NCBI RefSeq assembly: GCF_009914755.1
Contig: NC_060927.1
Direction: 5' to 3' (one strand)
Source: the human T2T-CHM13v2.0 reference genome, Homo sapiens
DNA length: 64,000 nt
Made by a program: the position numbers and the translations under genes. Below the pieces are notes generated by a model. The model was given only the letters and a program-made list of their open reading frames with translations. It searched no databases and was not told the origin of the DNA. Positions 1 through 14,749 of this stretch are shown piece by piece; position 1 is the first letter of the stretch, and each line of letters opens with the position of its first letter.

Positions 1-174
1 TCTGAGGAGAGAGTGGTCCTGGAGGAGAGGGGGGACAGCAGGTGTGAGAGGGGTTCAGAGACTGGGGTGGTGGCAGTGGGACAATTTGACATCTTTAGGA
101 TTTGAGTGCTGTTGAGAATGGGTGGAAGTCATGGCAGGAAGCTTCAAAACACACCTTCCCTGTACTTTGATCAG

Positions 175-350
175 GCTTGGGTGAGCTACTTAACCTCTCT
201 GTAGCTTGGGTCCTGCATCTGTGAAATGGTATAATAATAGCACCTACCTCATAGTCTAGTGGGAGAATCCAACATGACAATATGGCTAAGCCCTTAGCGC
301 AGTGCCCACCCAGAGCAAGTCCTTGCCCATGATGATTATTCACTGTTATT
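175..350 (+). mobile_element. MIR SINE fragment
   Basis: Core motif cttgggtgagctacttaacctctctg...catctgtgaaatggtataataatagcacctacctcatag. Confidence 0.75.
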
Positions 351-719
351 ATTGTGCACTGCTATTGTGTTGTTTTGAGAGTTGAGTGATATAATTCCTG
401 TACAGCCTCTAGCACAGTGCTTGGAACTTAACCACTGAATATTCACCACTGCCTGTTGCTTTTACATTCAGCCTCTTCCAGTTCAGACAGGCATCCTCTA
501 TTGCAAATCTCCATCCTATCTCCATCTAGAGACACGAGGAGAATCAGGTGAAGGAGGGGAGGGGAGGTGGAAGAAGGAGGAGGTTAGCTCAGGGTTCTAC
601 CTTACCTTCTCCTCTATCATCACCAGAGCATGTGGAGTCTTTGAGGAATTTCATAGTCTTGGTACCTTTGAATATGTTCCTCACAAGTTCTCAGAATGTG
701 TGGCTTAAGTCTTTGGGGA

Positions 720-1170
720 TAATTATTTTAAGCTACTTTAGAAAAAAAACCTGTGTATTAACCATATGTATGGAGGGTGGAGGGTGTTTATGTAAAAATA
801 TTCCAGGGTTTTCGAGTAGAATCAGATTTGCTAAAGGGGCTTACAAAACTCTCACGAGGATGGAGAGACAAAGGTTAGCATAGGCCACTGAGGACTTTTA
901 GGTTGGCCACTAATTATTAGGGAGCCAGTAGCCAGAAGACCCTGGCAGGGATGGTCACTGCTTCTAGTGCTGAGGCAAGTAGTACATAGAAAAAACCTGG
1001 AGGTTACTGCAAAATGTCATGTCTGCCAAAACCCATGGGCTGCTCGCCACTGCTGCCCAAGGAGCTTCTGCTCTCTTCACCTCCTGTGTCTGGTAGGAGT
1101 GCTTCTTATTGGTGGACTGTAACCCAGACCCCTAGAGGCTGGTGTTCTGGGAAATATGGCTTACATGTTT
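720..1170. mobile_element. Possible old MaLR (MLT1-type) LTR relic
   Basis: Motif-level resemblance only (cttattggtgga...gttctgggaaatatgg). Confidence 0.3.
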
Positions 1171-1809
1171 CCAGCCCCTCTGAGCCTGAGAGGAGTATAA
1201 TGGGGCTGATTTGCCAGCGGACAATCCACTCATGTGGATGTGACCCCTTCAATACCTAAATGGCAATGATCATGGATGCAGAGTCAGGGCCAACATCAGG
1301 AGAGCAAGAGGGCACAGAATGCTCACCAATTTGCTGTGGGCAGAAAACACAGAGCTGCATAGCTTCTGCAGGGAAAGAGGAGAAGAAGAGGAGGAGGGCT
1401 GTGTATGCTTCCCTGTGAGGCAGATGGAACGGCAGCAGGAGTGGGGAGATCCAAGCAGAAGGCCCAGGCTGGGAGGCATGAAATGCAGGCTCTTCCCAGC
1501 ATGAGTGATTGGCAGGGTAGGCAGGACTCAGAGGCTTACAGGAAATGTGGCTTGTCCCCAGAGGACCCTAAAACTGGGTCAGGACTGATAGAAGAGACTG
1601 GGGAAGCCATGTTCCGTGGGAGAACTGCAGGGGCACCACGGACAGACATGAGAGACAAAGAACCATTGCAGATATACAGTCTTATAATTAACTCAGTTCA
1701 ACAAGTACTTGAAATAGCCACATGGGCTGGGCAGGACCTTGGACACAGAAGTGTGCAAAGATAAACTGGTTACAGGCTGTGCTCTCAGAAGAGTTTCTTG
1801 AGAGACCAA

Positions 1810-1837
1810 ATGATGATGACGATGATAACGATGATGA
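1810..1837 (+). repeat. Imperfect (GAT)n microsatellite
   Basis: atgatgatgacgatgataacgatgatga. Confidence 0.8.
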
Positions 1838-1844
1838 AGAACTA

Positions 1845-2000
1845 ACTCTTCTGAGTACTTGCCATGCAAATCACTGTACATGCATTATCACATTCCTAAT
1901 TTACAGATGAGGATCCTGAGACTTAGAGGTTAGTGACTTGCCTGTGGTCACCACATAAGTCTTGAGAGGATCTATACCTGGGCTTCCAGACTCCACATCC
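1845..2000 (-). mobile_element. MIR SINE fragment
   Basis: atttacagatgaggatcctgagacttagaggttagtgacttgcctgtggtcac is the reverse MIR core. Confidence 0.7.
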
Positions 2001-2249
2001 TGTAGGGACAGTGCTAAGGGGATTCTGGAAGGAGACATGCCAACTGGAAAATGAGGAATACTTTCATGGATAGGGTGGAATGTGAGCTAAGCTGTAGAGA
2101 ATAGGACACATTTCAGGTTTAGAGATGGGAGAGAAGGACACCCCAGATAGTGAGATTCATGTGAGCAAAATATTGGAACAGCATAAGTCACATAGTAGGG
2201 AAAAGTAAAAAAGAGCTCTTGAAAGTCTCACTTGTCTAGTCCCAAGCTT

Positions 2250-3070
2250 CCGCTTATTTAATACAAGTCCACGAGTATTGTCTAGGTACTGGCAGGCTGA
2301 TTCATAGAGTACTGGGGGCAGGGAGCAGTTTTGCAGGGGAGGCAAGCAGGTGAGCAGACAGTCATACCCAGCATGGGACGTTCTGTAGTTGAGGCATGTG
2401 GAAGTCAAGAGCTGGCACAAAGCAGGAAGTGCTTCCGTGCGAGGGGCCTGAGCAATTCTGCACGTGGATGGGAACTCCTCAGGCAGCCAGGCAGAGGAAG
2501 CCAGAAAGCCATGTCCAGCTGTGTTCACCGGGAGCCAGTCTTCCATTTGCCTGGAATTCTAGATGGTATTTGGGAGGCTGGGACAGGGAGAGACTGGAAA
2601 AGTGAGCAGGGCCTGATGACCCCATTGGAGCAGCTGTAGAAAGTCATGTCAGGGCATTGGGCTCCATTGTGAAGGCTGGTGAGCCCTCAGGGTTTTAGAC
2701 AGGAAAGGGCACTGTCAGATCTGTGTTGTGGGATCTCTGGCAGGTGTACAGAGGAGAAAGCAGCAGGGGGGAAATTAGGGAGCTAGTGACAAGAGGAAGG
2801 CCTGGCTGAGGCAGGTACAGAAAGAGGGAGATTTAACAATAGCTCAGAACGTAGAGATGACAGGACCTGGTGACAGTTGGATGTGGGAAGGGAGGGAGGG
2901 TTAGGGAAGCAACAGGCTTTGAGACATTTGCCTTAGGCTGTCCACAGGAAAAGTCCAATAGACAGGTTGAAAATACAGAAGAGAGGATGAAGGCATTAGG
3001 GCAAGGCTCAGATCCCAGCAGAAATGGCATGAAATGAGACTGAGGGTGAGAGTAAGGGGAGTGTATGGAG
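2250..3070 (-). mobile_element. Degraded L2 LINE 3' region
   Basis: atttattaata...gtctaggtactgg tail-like motif, followed by purine-rich L2-like sequence (gacaggacctggtgacagttggatgtggga). Confidence 0.5.
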
Positions 3071-4399
3071 GGGGGATTAATTTCTGTCACCAGGAGCACC
3101 TTCTCCCAGGCTGAGGAGGTGCAGGTAGGAGAAGGTGGTGATACTCCCACCTGCTGTTCTCCTATTTTTCTAACTGGAGCTTTTAGTTATGTGCGTAGTA
3201 TGTAGAAGTTAGTGCTACATATGTTAATTGAGGCCTGCATATTAAAAATAATAGAGGCCAAATGAGTCCATTGAATCCTCTGTCCCTCTCACTCCATCCC
3301 CAAGCTGCCCAGAAACACAGACTAGTTCTTGAGCCCCTGGTTTACATGAGGCTCCAGTCTCACCCTGGGGCCCCCTCCCTTCCCAGGAGCAGGTGATGAT
3401 GACAGTTCAGTAGGTGTGTTTGTGGTGGCAGGATGGTGAAATCGCTACTGAGGCAGTGGGTAGAATCTTTGTTGGAGTTGGCTCTCCCTCTGCCTGCCTT
3501 TTCAAGAATAGATTTTTTTTCTTTTCTTTAGCTCAGGGATATGCCAAGAAAAATGAAATAAAAGTAAAGGAAAGAAAGACCAAAGTGTGTTTAATTGGAA
3601 TAGCTTTTTGCCATGTGAAAAAGCGACAGTTTATTGCAAAATATTTATCTTCATTATGGTTGGTATCATTATTGATGGAGATGCCCTGCACGCTAATGGG
3701 AAAATCTCTCCAGGAGGCCCAAATCCTGATGAGCTGAGTCTCCACCTTACTTCTGACATGCTGGGTGAGCACATCCTTTAATTTCTGGGTGCCTCAGCTC
3801 ACCCACCCGTACAGCCTAGAAAAGACAGTGCTCATGGTTAGATTAGCCTCGTGGAGCTGGAAGAAGTCTTTGAGGTCAGGGCATGAGAAGCTCCTTGTGG
3901 CAAGGACTGCACCTTGCTGGCTGTTGTGTCATATAGGTCCCTTGCTTAACGGAGGTGTGCGCTGACTGGCTGCGTGATGGATGAATGACAGAGAGCGAGC
4001 CTGTGTTAAAGGAATGGCAGATCGATGCATCTAATCTAACCATTCATTTCACAGAGAAGGCAATTGCAGTCCAGAGAAGGTGAGTCACACTCATTTGCTG
4101 CAGAGCTGGCTGAGGTTCAGCTCCCTCATTCCCAGGGGCCTCTCCATGGTTATACCCAGCAGCTCCACGGTCCTTCTATTGTGAGATATTGTAGAACATG
4201 AATGAGAATGTACACTTGCAGTTGTTTTTGCTATTCATAATAAAAGAAGCTTACAAAAGTCAAAGTATCACTTATCATGATGGATGTTTGATAGGCCCAG
4301 ATAAGCAGACGTAGGAGCTGTAATGAACACTAAAATCAAGCCTTGTGTGTGTTCACCAATAAACAGCAAAGGTGAGGGAATTACTCTTATTTACCCTCC

Positions 4400-4520
4400 T
4401 TATCCCCATTTCACAGATGAGTTCTCGCTGTGGCTCAGAGAGGCTACAACAGAACTTGCCCGCAACCTCACAGGTAGCAAGGGTTTAGGAACTGATTCTG
4501 GAACCTGGGTATTCAGAGTC
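4400..4520 (-). mobile_element. MIR SINE fragment
   Basis: tatccccatttcacagatgag...ggctcagagagg...acttgccc. Confidence 0.65.
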
Positions 4521-7500
4521 AGTATTCAGGGTGAATTTCATTGACCCATTGCTGTCTTCTGCAACATTCTGGGCCACTGGCTTTAATAATAATGACCCTT
4601 ATCTGTGCAGCCACGAGCAGACCTGGCCTAGGGCTCACCTGTGTTCTCCAATGGCTGAGTTAGTTGATTAACACAAAGAGGCAATGAGAGCAACCCTGAC
4701 TTTGAGGAATTCCTAAAGGGAAGCTAAGCGTGTCTTCCCAAGTGTATTACCTGGTCTCAGAAGTTTATAGCCACACCACATAAACTGGTGCAGTGAGACA
4801 TTTGGCTGTTCTCTTGGAAGAGACATCAAGAGTCATTTAGAACTGCTGCATGCAGGTTTCTGGTCGGTGTCAACACATGGAAAGCTTCTGGAGGGCTGAA
4901 GCCTTTAATGAGTGGTTGCTTCCTTCTCCCAACTGGAATCACCCACCTTGGAGCCCAGGTTTACTGCTCTGAGATTGTAAAGATGCCAAGGAATGGAGAC
5001 AGCCTGGTTTTTTATTGTGCCTGCCTCAGATGGAATCTGCCTCTCTGGACAAAGATAGCATCACAAATGTTTGATGCGGGTGTCTCTTCTTGTCCTGAGG
5101 ACCCGGGCCTCTCAGCATTGCCCAGTGTTCCTCAGCACACACAAAGCTCACAGCCATGAGGCAGCTGGGCCTTGCCCTCCTTGCCTCTGTCTTTCCCAGG
5201 TGACTGGCATCCCCTGCCACATGTCCATCTCAGCATATTATTAACACCTCCTTCTGTCTCAGACTGCTTCTCTTCCCCCAGGGAGTGCTGTGGGTTTGAA
5301 ATGATGGTCTTTAATCATTTCTTAAGTGACCAGCCCTGAAATCATTTCTTAGTGCCATACACACAAATTAAATCATAAATCCACAGTGGGCTCTGGAAAG
5401 AACTGAAGTGCAGCCCCTGATTAAGAGCTGAGGGGAGGCCTCCCCAGGAGAAAGGCGTCAGTGTGTGCCTAGAGGAAAGGCCAGGGCCCTGGAGAGAAGA
5501 AAGAAGCTTCCTACTAACTCCCTTTCCACAGAAGGGCCTCTTTGCATTTCTGTTGTTCTACTCCACACAAAAGAGATATGAGAGGATGCAGACAGATATG
5601 TGGGGGGTGGTAGGAGGGCATCCATGTTAGGGTTAGGAAGTCCGGGCAGCCCCTTCCAGGACCGAGCTGCCTTAAGAATCCAGAATCAGCCAGGCCCAAC
5701 AGGATCCTTAATGACCTCTGACGGTGGGATGGAGGAGGACCAGAAGAGTGAGGAATTGGTAGGCACACCTCAAGAGAAACTCAGAAGTGGGGGTGGGGGA
5801 GGGTGTTCCTGAAACATGTCCATGCTCCCTACTTATTTCAAGACTCAGTTCGACATCGTGCCCCACTTCAAGACTTCCCAGCTTATTTGGAACACTCAGT
5901 CTCTCTCCTCACAAACACAAAGTCTTCTGCTTGATTAGGTTGGTGATGGGTATATGACAATGACACTAGCAAGCTGCTAAACATCCTTGACTCTTTCCAC
6001 CACCATGCCTTTATGCATGACATTTTCTCACCCTGGGGTGCCTACCTTCATTTTGCCTACCTAGTAAACTATGAATGCTTCAAAGCCTGCATCAGTTGTC
6101 ATCTCCACCAGGACCCTCACTCTCCAAACTAATATAGAGAGGAGACTGCCTGTTCTCTCCCCACCCCTCTATATGCTTCTCTTTTCACACTCACCTGCTG
6201 TTTTATAATTCTCATTTTTAACATTTGGTTCTTCCACTGAGTTTTGTATTCTTTGAGAATGGGGACTCCAGCTTACTCTTCTCTGTAAAGTCAGAGTGGC
6301 CAGCTCAGGGCTTGAATTCAAGGAGTGATGTTGCTGAAGCTGTATAGTCAAGTGGTTGGAGCTTCACAGTGAAAGAGCTGTTCTCTATTTTTTGCCTCCA
6401 GCATGCTTTGCTTATGTAAGTCACTCAACTTCTGAATTGAGAATCTGAGTTTCTTCTGCAAAATGAGAAAAATAAAACCAGTACCTTTACTATTGCAAAA
6501 GCCTACAAAGAAGATAAATCTGAGAGTGGGTTGTTGGGGGAATGTGTCAAAACCCTTTAGCTCCTGAAAAATTCCATTAGAAAGTCAAGGTGTTGGTATT
6601 GCAATTATTATTTGATTCCCAAATGGTGAGAGTGCTTCCAGAAATGTGCTTTGCTTGATGAACCGATACATTTTTAGCCCCCACTGATGAATTTGGGAAT
6701 CGAATACCTGTCATCTTGAAATAATTGACACATCTTGGTGAAGCACTTAGATTCCTCTGATGAAAGTCTGGATTCTTACTGAAAATGAGAAGGAAGCTGT
6801 GTTACATGGGAGCAATATTGTTTTATGGACCTTTATCTTAGTTATTAACAAATGAGTGTTACATGTGGAAATGGTAAAGGGGGAATTCAATAATGAAGTT
6901 TCATAGGATTATAATGATTATTAGCCTAATGATGATGAAATCCAGGTTTCAATGCATGTGGTTTCCTTGGCATTCACTGTTCTGTGCCCTTTATGCTGAT
7001 GGGCAGCAGCCTGGCTGCATCTGTCCCTAACATCCCATCCTGAAGTTATATGGGAAGTGGGCATAAGTGTAGTCGGCTCCTCTAGCAAATCTGGATTAGG
7101 ATATCCATGCACAATAATATAATTATTATTGTAGTAATTGTTATTGCAATTAGTTGCCCATATGTCATGCAAATAGCAAAAAACTTATATTCTAGGGAGC
7201 CGACACCCACTAGAGGTAGGAAGAGTTCGCATCAGTGAATGCTCACTGCCTGCCCTGCTGCTGAGCTGCCCAAGGGTCCTGTGGAAAAAGCAGCCAATCT
7301 CACCAGCATTTACACTCTATTCATTTTTCTCTGTGCACCAGAAGCCACTGTAAGGATGAATTTGCCTTTCAGAGCAGGTCTCTGTAGAATACCCAGCAGC
7401 CACATCCATGCATCACGTTTTTACATCTGGTCAGGAATTCAGGCAGGCAGGAACTCAGAGGGACTGAGAGCCAGCATATGACATAGACCATACTTATTTT

Positions 7501-7699
7501 TTTTTCTCTTCCTTTAGAGGCAGGAAAAGTAGGACAAGATGCCCTAAGTGAGTAGAAAAGATATTCATCTTGTCCCTTTCCTAAGCCTCTCGTCTGAACT
7601 CATGTTGACTTGAACATGTGACTTTTTGAGCCTGAGTACATATGCCCATCGTTACAGAATGTCCCCACCCCCATAGATAACTTACCATAGTAAATAGCT

Positions 7700-7860
7700 G
7701 GAAAGGGCATCAGCTGTGAAGCCAGACAGACCTGGTGGTGAATTATACCTCCATGACAGAGTAGCTGGGAAATATTGGGCAAATTGTTTTATCTCTGAGC
7801 CTCAGTATCACTGTCAGTGAAATGGAAATGCTACTATCTTCTCATATAGTTTCATCGAAA
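7700..7860 (+). mobile_element. MIR SINE fragment
   Basis: agccagacagacctgg...ttgggcaaattg...tctctgagcctcagt...gtgaaatggaaat. Confidence 0.6.
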
Positions 7861-7879
7861 AGAAATGTTACGATTACAT

Positions 7880-8200
7880 TTGTCTGTAAGGAACATAAAA
7901 ATGAAAGATAATTGTGGGTTTTAAAAATACAGGGTTTTTTTTCTCATGTAAAATAAGTCCGGGTTGGATGGCACTCCATGGTGTGATGTTGGAAACCCAG
8001 GTGCATTCTACTTCGTTGCTTTGACATTCTTAGCACACAGTTTTCACCTCATAGTTGAAGATGGCTGCTTGAGTTCCAACCATCATGTCTACTTTTCAGC
8101 CAGCAAAAATGAGGAAGGATGGAAGAAGAGCTAACTTTCTCCCAGAAGTCACATAGGATACTACTTCTCCTTGTATCCCTAGATCTTAGTGATTCAAGCC
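7880..8200. mobile_element. Old MaLR LTR (MLT1J/K-like)
   Basis: ctcatagttgaagatggctgcttgagttccaaccatcatgtct...tttctcccagaagtc resembles MLT1J-family LTR motifs. Confidence 0.55.
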
Positions 8201-8339
8201 AATACTCATGCATTATCAAAGCTTGATGGGAATGTCCCATATGGTAGGGGAAAATGTTGACTTTGAAAAATAGAAAACATTAGCAAGGTGATGACACATT
8301 GTCTATACTCAACATATTATCATTTTATAATGGAAAATA

Positions 8340-8560
8340 TTAACTGCTATTAATACTTTTAATTGAGCAGTTATTTCATGCCAGATATTGTATCAAACAT
8401 TTATATTTTCTATCTCATTCAATCATCAAAACAACTCTATGAGACAGGGACTAATTTTTACACACGAGGAAACTGAGGCTTAAAAAGGTTGTAGGACTTG
8501 CTTTCCATGGCTCTAAGTAGTAGAGTCTGTAACTGAAGCTGGTACTCCTTTCTCCAGGAA
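8340..8560 (-). mobile_element. MIR SINE
   Basis: aattgagcagttatttcatgccag...tctcattcaatcatcaaaacaactctatgag...gaggaaactgaggctt. Confidence 0.75.
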
Positions 8561-8669
8561 GTTATGTTGGCATAGTTGATGTTTAACATAAGTAGTTATA
8601 CACAATAGTTTTTGTTTATTCCAGGTAAATTTACTTGGTATAAAAATACTCCAGCCAGTAAGCTATCAA

Positions 8670-8890
8670 GTCTCTGGAGTCAGCAGCCTGCATTCAATTC
8701 CCAGGTGTACCACCAGCAGTGGGACTTTGAACAAGCTACTGGACTTATTTGAGCCTTAGTTTTTTAATGTGCAAAATTGGAATAATTGTAGCACTTGTTT
8801 CTTGGGGCTGTTGTGAGAATAAAATGGGATTATTCTGAGTAACATACCTGGCCTGTGCCACATGCTTAAATTCTTATTGTTGCTCTTATT
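8670..8890 (+). mobile_element. MIR SINE
   Basis: tctggagtcagcagcctgcattcaattccc...gagccttagtt...gctgttgtgagaataaaatg. Confidence 0.7.
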
Positions 8891-11800
8891 AATAAAACAA
8901 TTGTTATTAATACCAACACAACTTTACAACCAATTTTAACACGTGGTGGGTAGCTTGGCACATAGACCTTGCCTTGGAAGGGTGAAGTGAGACACATCAG
9001 GTGCCGAGGGTAGGAGGGCCTGGCCATGCTTCTCATACCAGTCTCTCATTTATTAAGAGGCCTTTGCTGGCCTGACCGTAAAGCCTGAAAGGTGAGAGTG
9101 GGCACAGGAGAGCAGGACCCTTCCTGGGCATGAGAGGGAGCAATGTCGTGTTCACCTGTCCAGCTAGGCTCCTGTCATTCCTTCAGCTCTGGGTTCGTGT
9201 CCTGCTGTTTGCTTTGGGGAAGTCCTTTCTCAAGTTGCTCAGCAGTGCCTGCTGCTCCTTTGCCCCATTCCTCCCTCTGAGCCTTCCCTGAGTTCCTCAC
9301 CTGCTGCTCCTTCTCTAGGTTCTTCCTGACGTGCTGAGCCTTCAGTTCAATGGCTTCCCTAAGTGTGCATTGAGATCTAAGTGCTAAGTGTATCCTTAAC
9401 ACCTCTAATCTCTGCTGCAAGCTTCTCCCCTAATTGTGTTTCACTGACAAACCTGAAGGCAGTTGGTGATACTGATGTTCATCCAGGAAACTGAAAATAA
9501 GGAGGACATAGTGCACTCTGGAAATTACCTCTCAGCACCTAGGAATAAATGATCTCAGGAGAGAATGTGACTATCCAACCCTTCGCTGCCTCTGTTGCAG
9601 TGGGAGGCCTCACCCAGATGATCTGATTTGCAACATCCACTGGTCCATTCACATGATCTCCAGGGATCCAGTGCCTATGGCTGGCTCTGCTCAGGTGCTC
9701 AAAAGGAGGGTGTCCTCCCTATTCCAGAACCTGCAAGCCCCACTTCTCTTTCCAAAGTCTGCATCAGAGTTGGTGAGGTCCTGAGCAAAAGTCGCAGGTC
9801 AGACAAAATGAATTCTGCCAAATCTCTCTGCCTTCAGCCTTTTGGATAAATCTCATGCATATATTCTGCCTTGTCATAGTAACTCTTACTTGGAGAATCT
9901 TTTGGAATGACTATAACCTTATTTCAATATTGGTTATTACTCATGGTTGTTTCACTTTTTAAGAATTGACTCTAGACTTGCAAAGTGCTATATCCACTAT
10001 CACTGCAATTTAGGAGCTGAGCTCTGACTGAACAAACCCCCCTGGCAACATTGTGGCAGAGCCAGTTAGACCTGACTGATTCCTCCATGACCTTGGACAG
10101 GCCACTTTCCTCTAAATAATCTGCTTAGGGAGGTCCATGCCCATGTCTGCAGTGCCACACTGGGCAGACAGGCAAGGACAGGGCAGTGTAGGGGGAAGGG
10201 TTTCTGCCCCTTATCTGTCAAGACAGCTCTGATAATTTAGGCTGAGAATTTCAGCCTCAAAGCTTTTGCTCTGCCATTAAAAGAAGTAAAAATTATTTCT
10301 TTTGCTTACTTGTCCCACTTGAATGCTGTGTAATATCATTATAGATTTATGTGTTTATGACTTCGTGACCTGGGGAGAAGCTGGAAATTCCACTGAGCCC
10401 ATTTCTACTCCTGGGTTTCTGTAAAGGTCACAGCAAAATTATTTTATCAAGTACACCACAGAAAGGGAAAATCTTAATCTTAAATTATACATATGCAGCA
10501 CTTGACCTTCTCTTGAGATGCAGCACCTCTTAGCTACACTTACTTAAACAGAATGCAGCTCTTCCCTGATGCACACAGAGAGAATAATTAGATGCCCTTG
10601 CATCCCAGTTGGAGAGGAGGCTGTGCAGTGGGACCAACTACAAAGCTGAGAAGGAGAAAGAGTTGAGGCAGTTGGGATGGGGGTGGGGGTGAGCTCCACA
10701 GAGCTGCAGCAGGCTCATGCTTATGATGGGGCCATCTGGGCAGGTGGAGCAGACATTGGCACCATGACTTGTTCTGGTTCACCTGCACCTCTGGCCAAGT
10801 CATTGCCTTCTCTGGGCCTCATTTTTGCCATCATAGGTCTGTGATGTGGCAATTCAATCACAGGTAGTTTGTGCCTGGAACATTGTGTTAAAGTCTCAGC
10901 ACTCTGCTGTGGGTTGAGTGGGAATGAGTGCCGGGATTGATTAGCAATGTCTGCCACGGCAGGCATGGAGAGGTAGTGACAGTATCTGTGCTGGGTATTG
11001 GTGGCCCCATTCTAAAAGGTATTTCTAAGGTCTTTTCCAGCCCTGTCTGTCTGTAATTTGTGGGCTCACCAAACTCTGGGGTGAGGAAGCCTGGAAAGGA
11101 AGGAACAATAGCAAGCTTCCCTAAGAGAAGAGTTGTATTTGCCTCGTCAGAGTTTGGAGAGTAATGAGATTTGTGTGATACATCTAAACACAGTTGCTTG
11201 TGTGTGTGTGTTTCCTATTTGCTCTGTGAAAAGTAGAGAGAGCAAGTGAAAGCAGTGCCTGTCCTCGGTGTGACCACTCAGCAGACCTGGCTGACCTATG
11301 TGTGCCCTCGTAGCCAGCCTGTGCGTCTGGGGCTCTGGAAAAAGTGAGAAACTCTGGGTGGCTTCTTGTCATTGTCCAGCCTTTAGATAGAAACACAGTG
11401 AGAAGTCATCTTCATTTATCTTAAGAACTTGGTTATAAATTTTTTTTAAACGGAATCCATTAAGGTCTGTGTCAGGGAGGAAAGTGCTTAAAAAATAAGG
11501 TTTTTCTCAAAAGAAAAACACTTCGGTTTGAAAACGTGGGAAGCAGCCTGACTGCCAGCATATGTCCTGCTCATCCCCTGCCTGGAGCTACCAGATTGAT
11601 GGTGTTTTTAGAACACTGGCAGCCGGGCACTGAGAAGGGTGGAGACTGGGCCTTGGGAGGGGACAGTTGGGGATTCCCCTGTCCTTGTTGATGCTGCAGA
11701 GACCTAGGCCTAGCACCCAAGAAGGATAAATGACCTGGGGCTCTCAGAGTGACCAAAGTGATGGGACCCTCCCTTCTGTTGGGTGCCAGGGGCCCCGTGA

Positions 11801-12040
11801 AGCATCTCCCTGTTGGTTGAGAATGAAGTGCAAAGGGGATACCTCCCTTTAAGGAGTCCATCTTGGCTGCTGGTAGGGTGCTTCTGCTCTCTTCTAAAGC
11901 ACAGGTTCCTCCCCGCTGCCCTCTAGCATGGGCTTACCACTTCCTTTACCTCCCTGCTCTGCCCTCTGAGAACTGATACTGTTTCCCTGTCTCCTGCTTA
12001 GCTGTGACATCACATCTTCTCAAGGAGGGCACAGCCCTGA

Positions 12041-12382
<342 letters not shown>

Positions 12383-12891
12383 TGGAGTCCAACATCTTAA
12401 GAATTCCACCCCCATTTAGCTGCTTGCTGCCTCTGCATTGGGGGCTCCTCCAGACCCCCTTACACTTCTGATTCCTGCGTATCTGGAATTCCTCACTCCG
12501 TGTCAATGGCCTTCTTCTTACCCAATATAAAGGCAGTGACTAGCTGATATCTATCTCAGAGCACACAGAAAGTGCTCCCCAGATGTGTGTTGAGAGAATG
12601 AGAGAATGTCTATAAAAGGAAAAGAGCTCATCCTTCAAAAGAGATTTTTAGGGTACACTAACATGAGTGAGGAGGTGGAGTTGGGGACACAGAGACATGA
12701 TGGTTCACAGAAAGGCTGGACTTGACTGGGGTCCTTCTGTGCCAACTCCCAGGCCACTCCCCGCACTCCACTGCCCTCTCTGCCTTGTCCTGCTGCCAGT
12801 GGGGCCTCACTTCTCGCCTTCTTGCCACACCACTCACACTACTCCTACCTACTATTTGAAAAAATCTTCCACTATTTGAAAAATCTTTTTT

Positions 12892-13550
<659 letters not shown>

Positions 13551-14749
13551 ATCAAAAGAGGAGCTTGAGCACCATTAGGCCATTTGCCTCTCTGGGTCCT
13601 ACTTCTCCATCAAGCCCTGGGAAAGAGGGCAGGCCAGCACACAGCGACATCAGCCTTGCTGGTGTCTGGCTGCTGTGAACCTGCTCTGTCCCACTCCCCT
13701 CCATGCTGATCATTTCAAGGTTGTAAGAGCCTTGGAGAGTGAAGGACCAGGCCCTGCCCCTTCCCAGTCTCTGCCCACTGGTCCCTTACTTCCCTGTTAG
13801 CTGCATTATTGCCTCCTTCCCCAGAGTCCCCCCATGTCCAGTGTGTAGGCTCCAGAATGTCGGGTGTCTGTGGGGGCAGATCGACATGTTTATGCTGTTT
13901 CTCCTGGGGCTGGGCCGTGGACAGGAGGGGCCTGTCGGCTGCCTCCTCCACAACTCCTCCCATGTCCTTCCCTTGCCATTCTATTCTGAGGCAGGCAGGG
14001 CCAAGGAATAAGTTCAGCTGAGCCCCTGCTTCCTGGGTGACCTAAGAAAGGCAAGCACCTTCTCCAGCCTCAGTTTCCCCCTGTGTAAGGAAGTACAGTT
14101 GTTCCCAGCTAAACCTTCTCCCTCCTGCTTTCCCTCTTCTCTGCTCTCTCTGTCTTCCTCAGTGCTGCAGCATCGTACCTTTCCTGACCCCTCTGTTGGC
14201 TTAAAGCTAAGGAACCAGCCCATGGGGCTCTCAGCAGCTACTGGCTGTCCAGTTGGCCTGCTATAGAGGAGATGCAGGTAATGCTGCAGCTTCAGGGGCA
14301 GGAATCTCTGGTCAGAGGTCTGTTCCCTGTACCATTCCAAAGTCCAGAAGGCTCTTCTGGCCACTCTGCAGATTCCTGAGTCTGAAGATTGGTTTCTCTC
14401 CCACATAGACACAAATGTTGTTCCTCTAGCTTTGTCTGCAGGCCAGCGGTCAAGGGACAGACTTGGGGTGCAGATGCAGCTGCTGCAGGAAGAGCCAAAT
14501 CAGTCCTAGTCTCTGAGTGAGACTCTCACCTTCTCTGCTCTGGACACTTCATACTGCCACTCCCAATATTCCCCCCAAAGTTATAGGGACAGGGAGCCCA
14601 CTGCCAAAGTATTGGATTTCTAAAAGAGGACTCCAGAAAGAGGAAAATGTCTAGCCCTAGAGGATGAAGTGTAGAGGGCAGGCTTTCTGGGGTCAGCAGG
14701 ACAGCAGGGACACAAGCGGACAACAGGTTGCAGTCTTTGACTCCTTGCA

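Noticed and set aside
12851-12889. Small tandem duplications (actatttgaaaaa x2; similar ones at about 5313, 28759 and 59670)
   Set aside because: Ordinary slippage-size duplications with no further structure.
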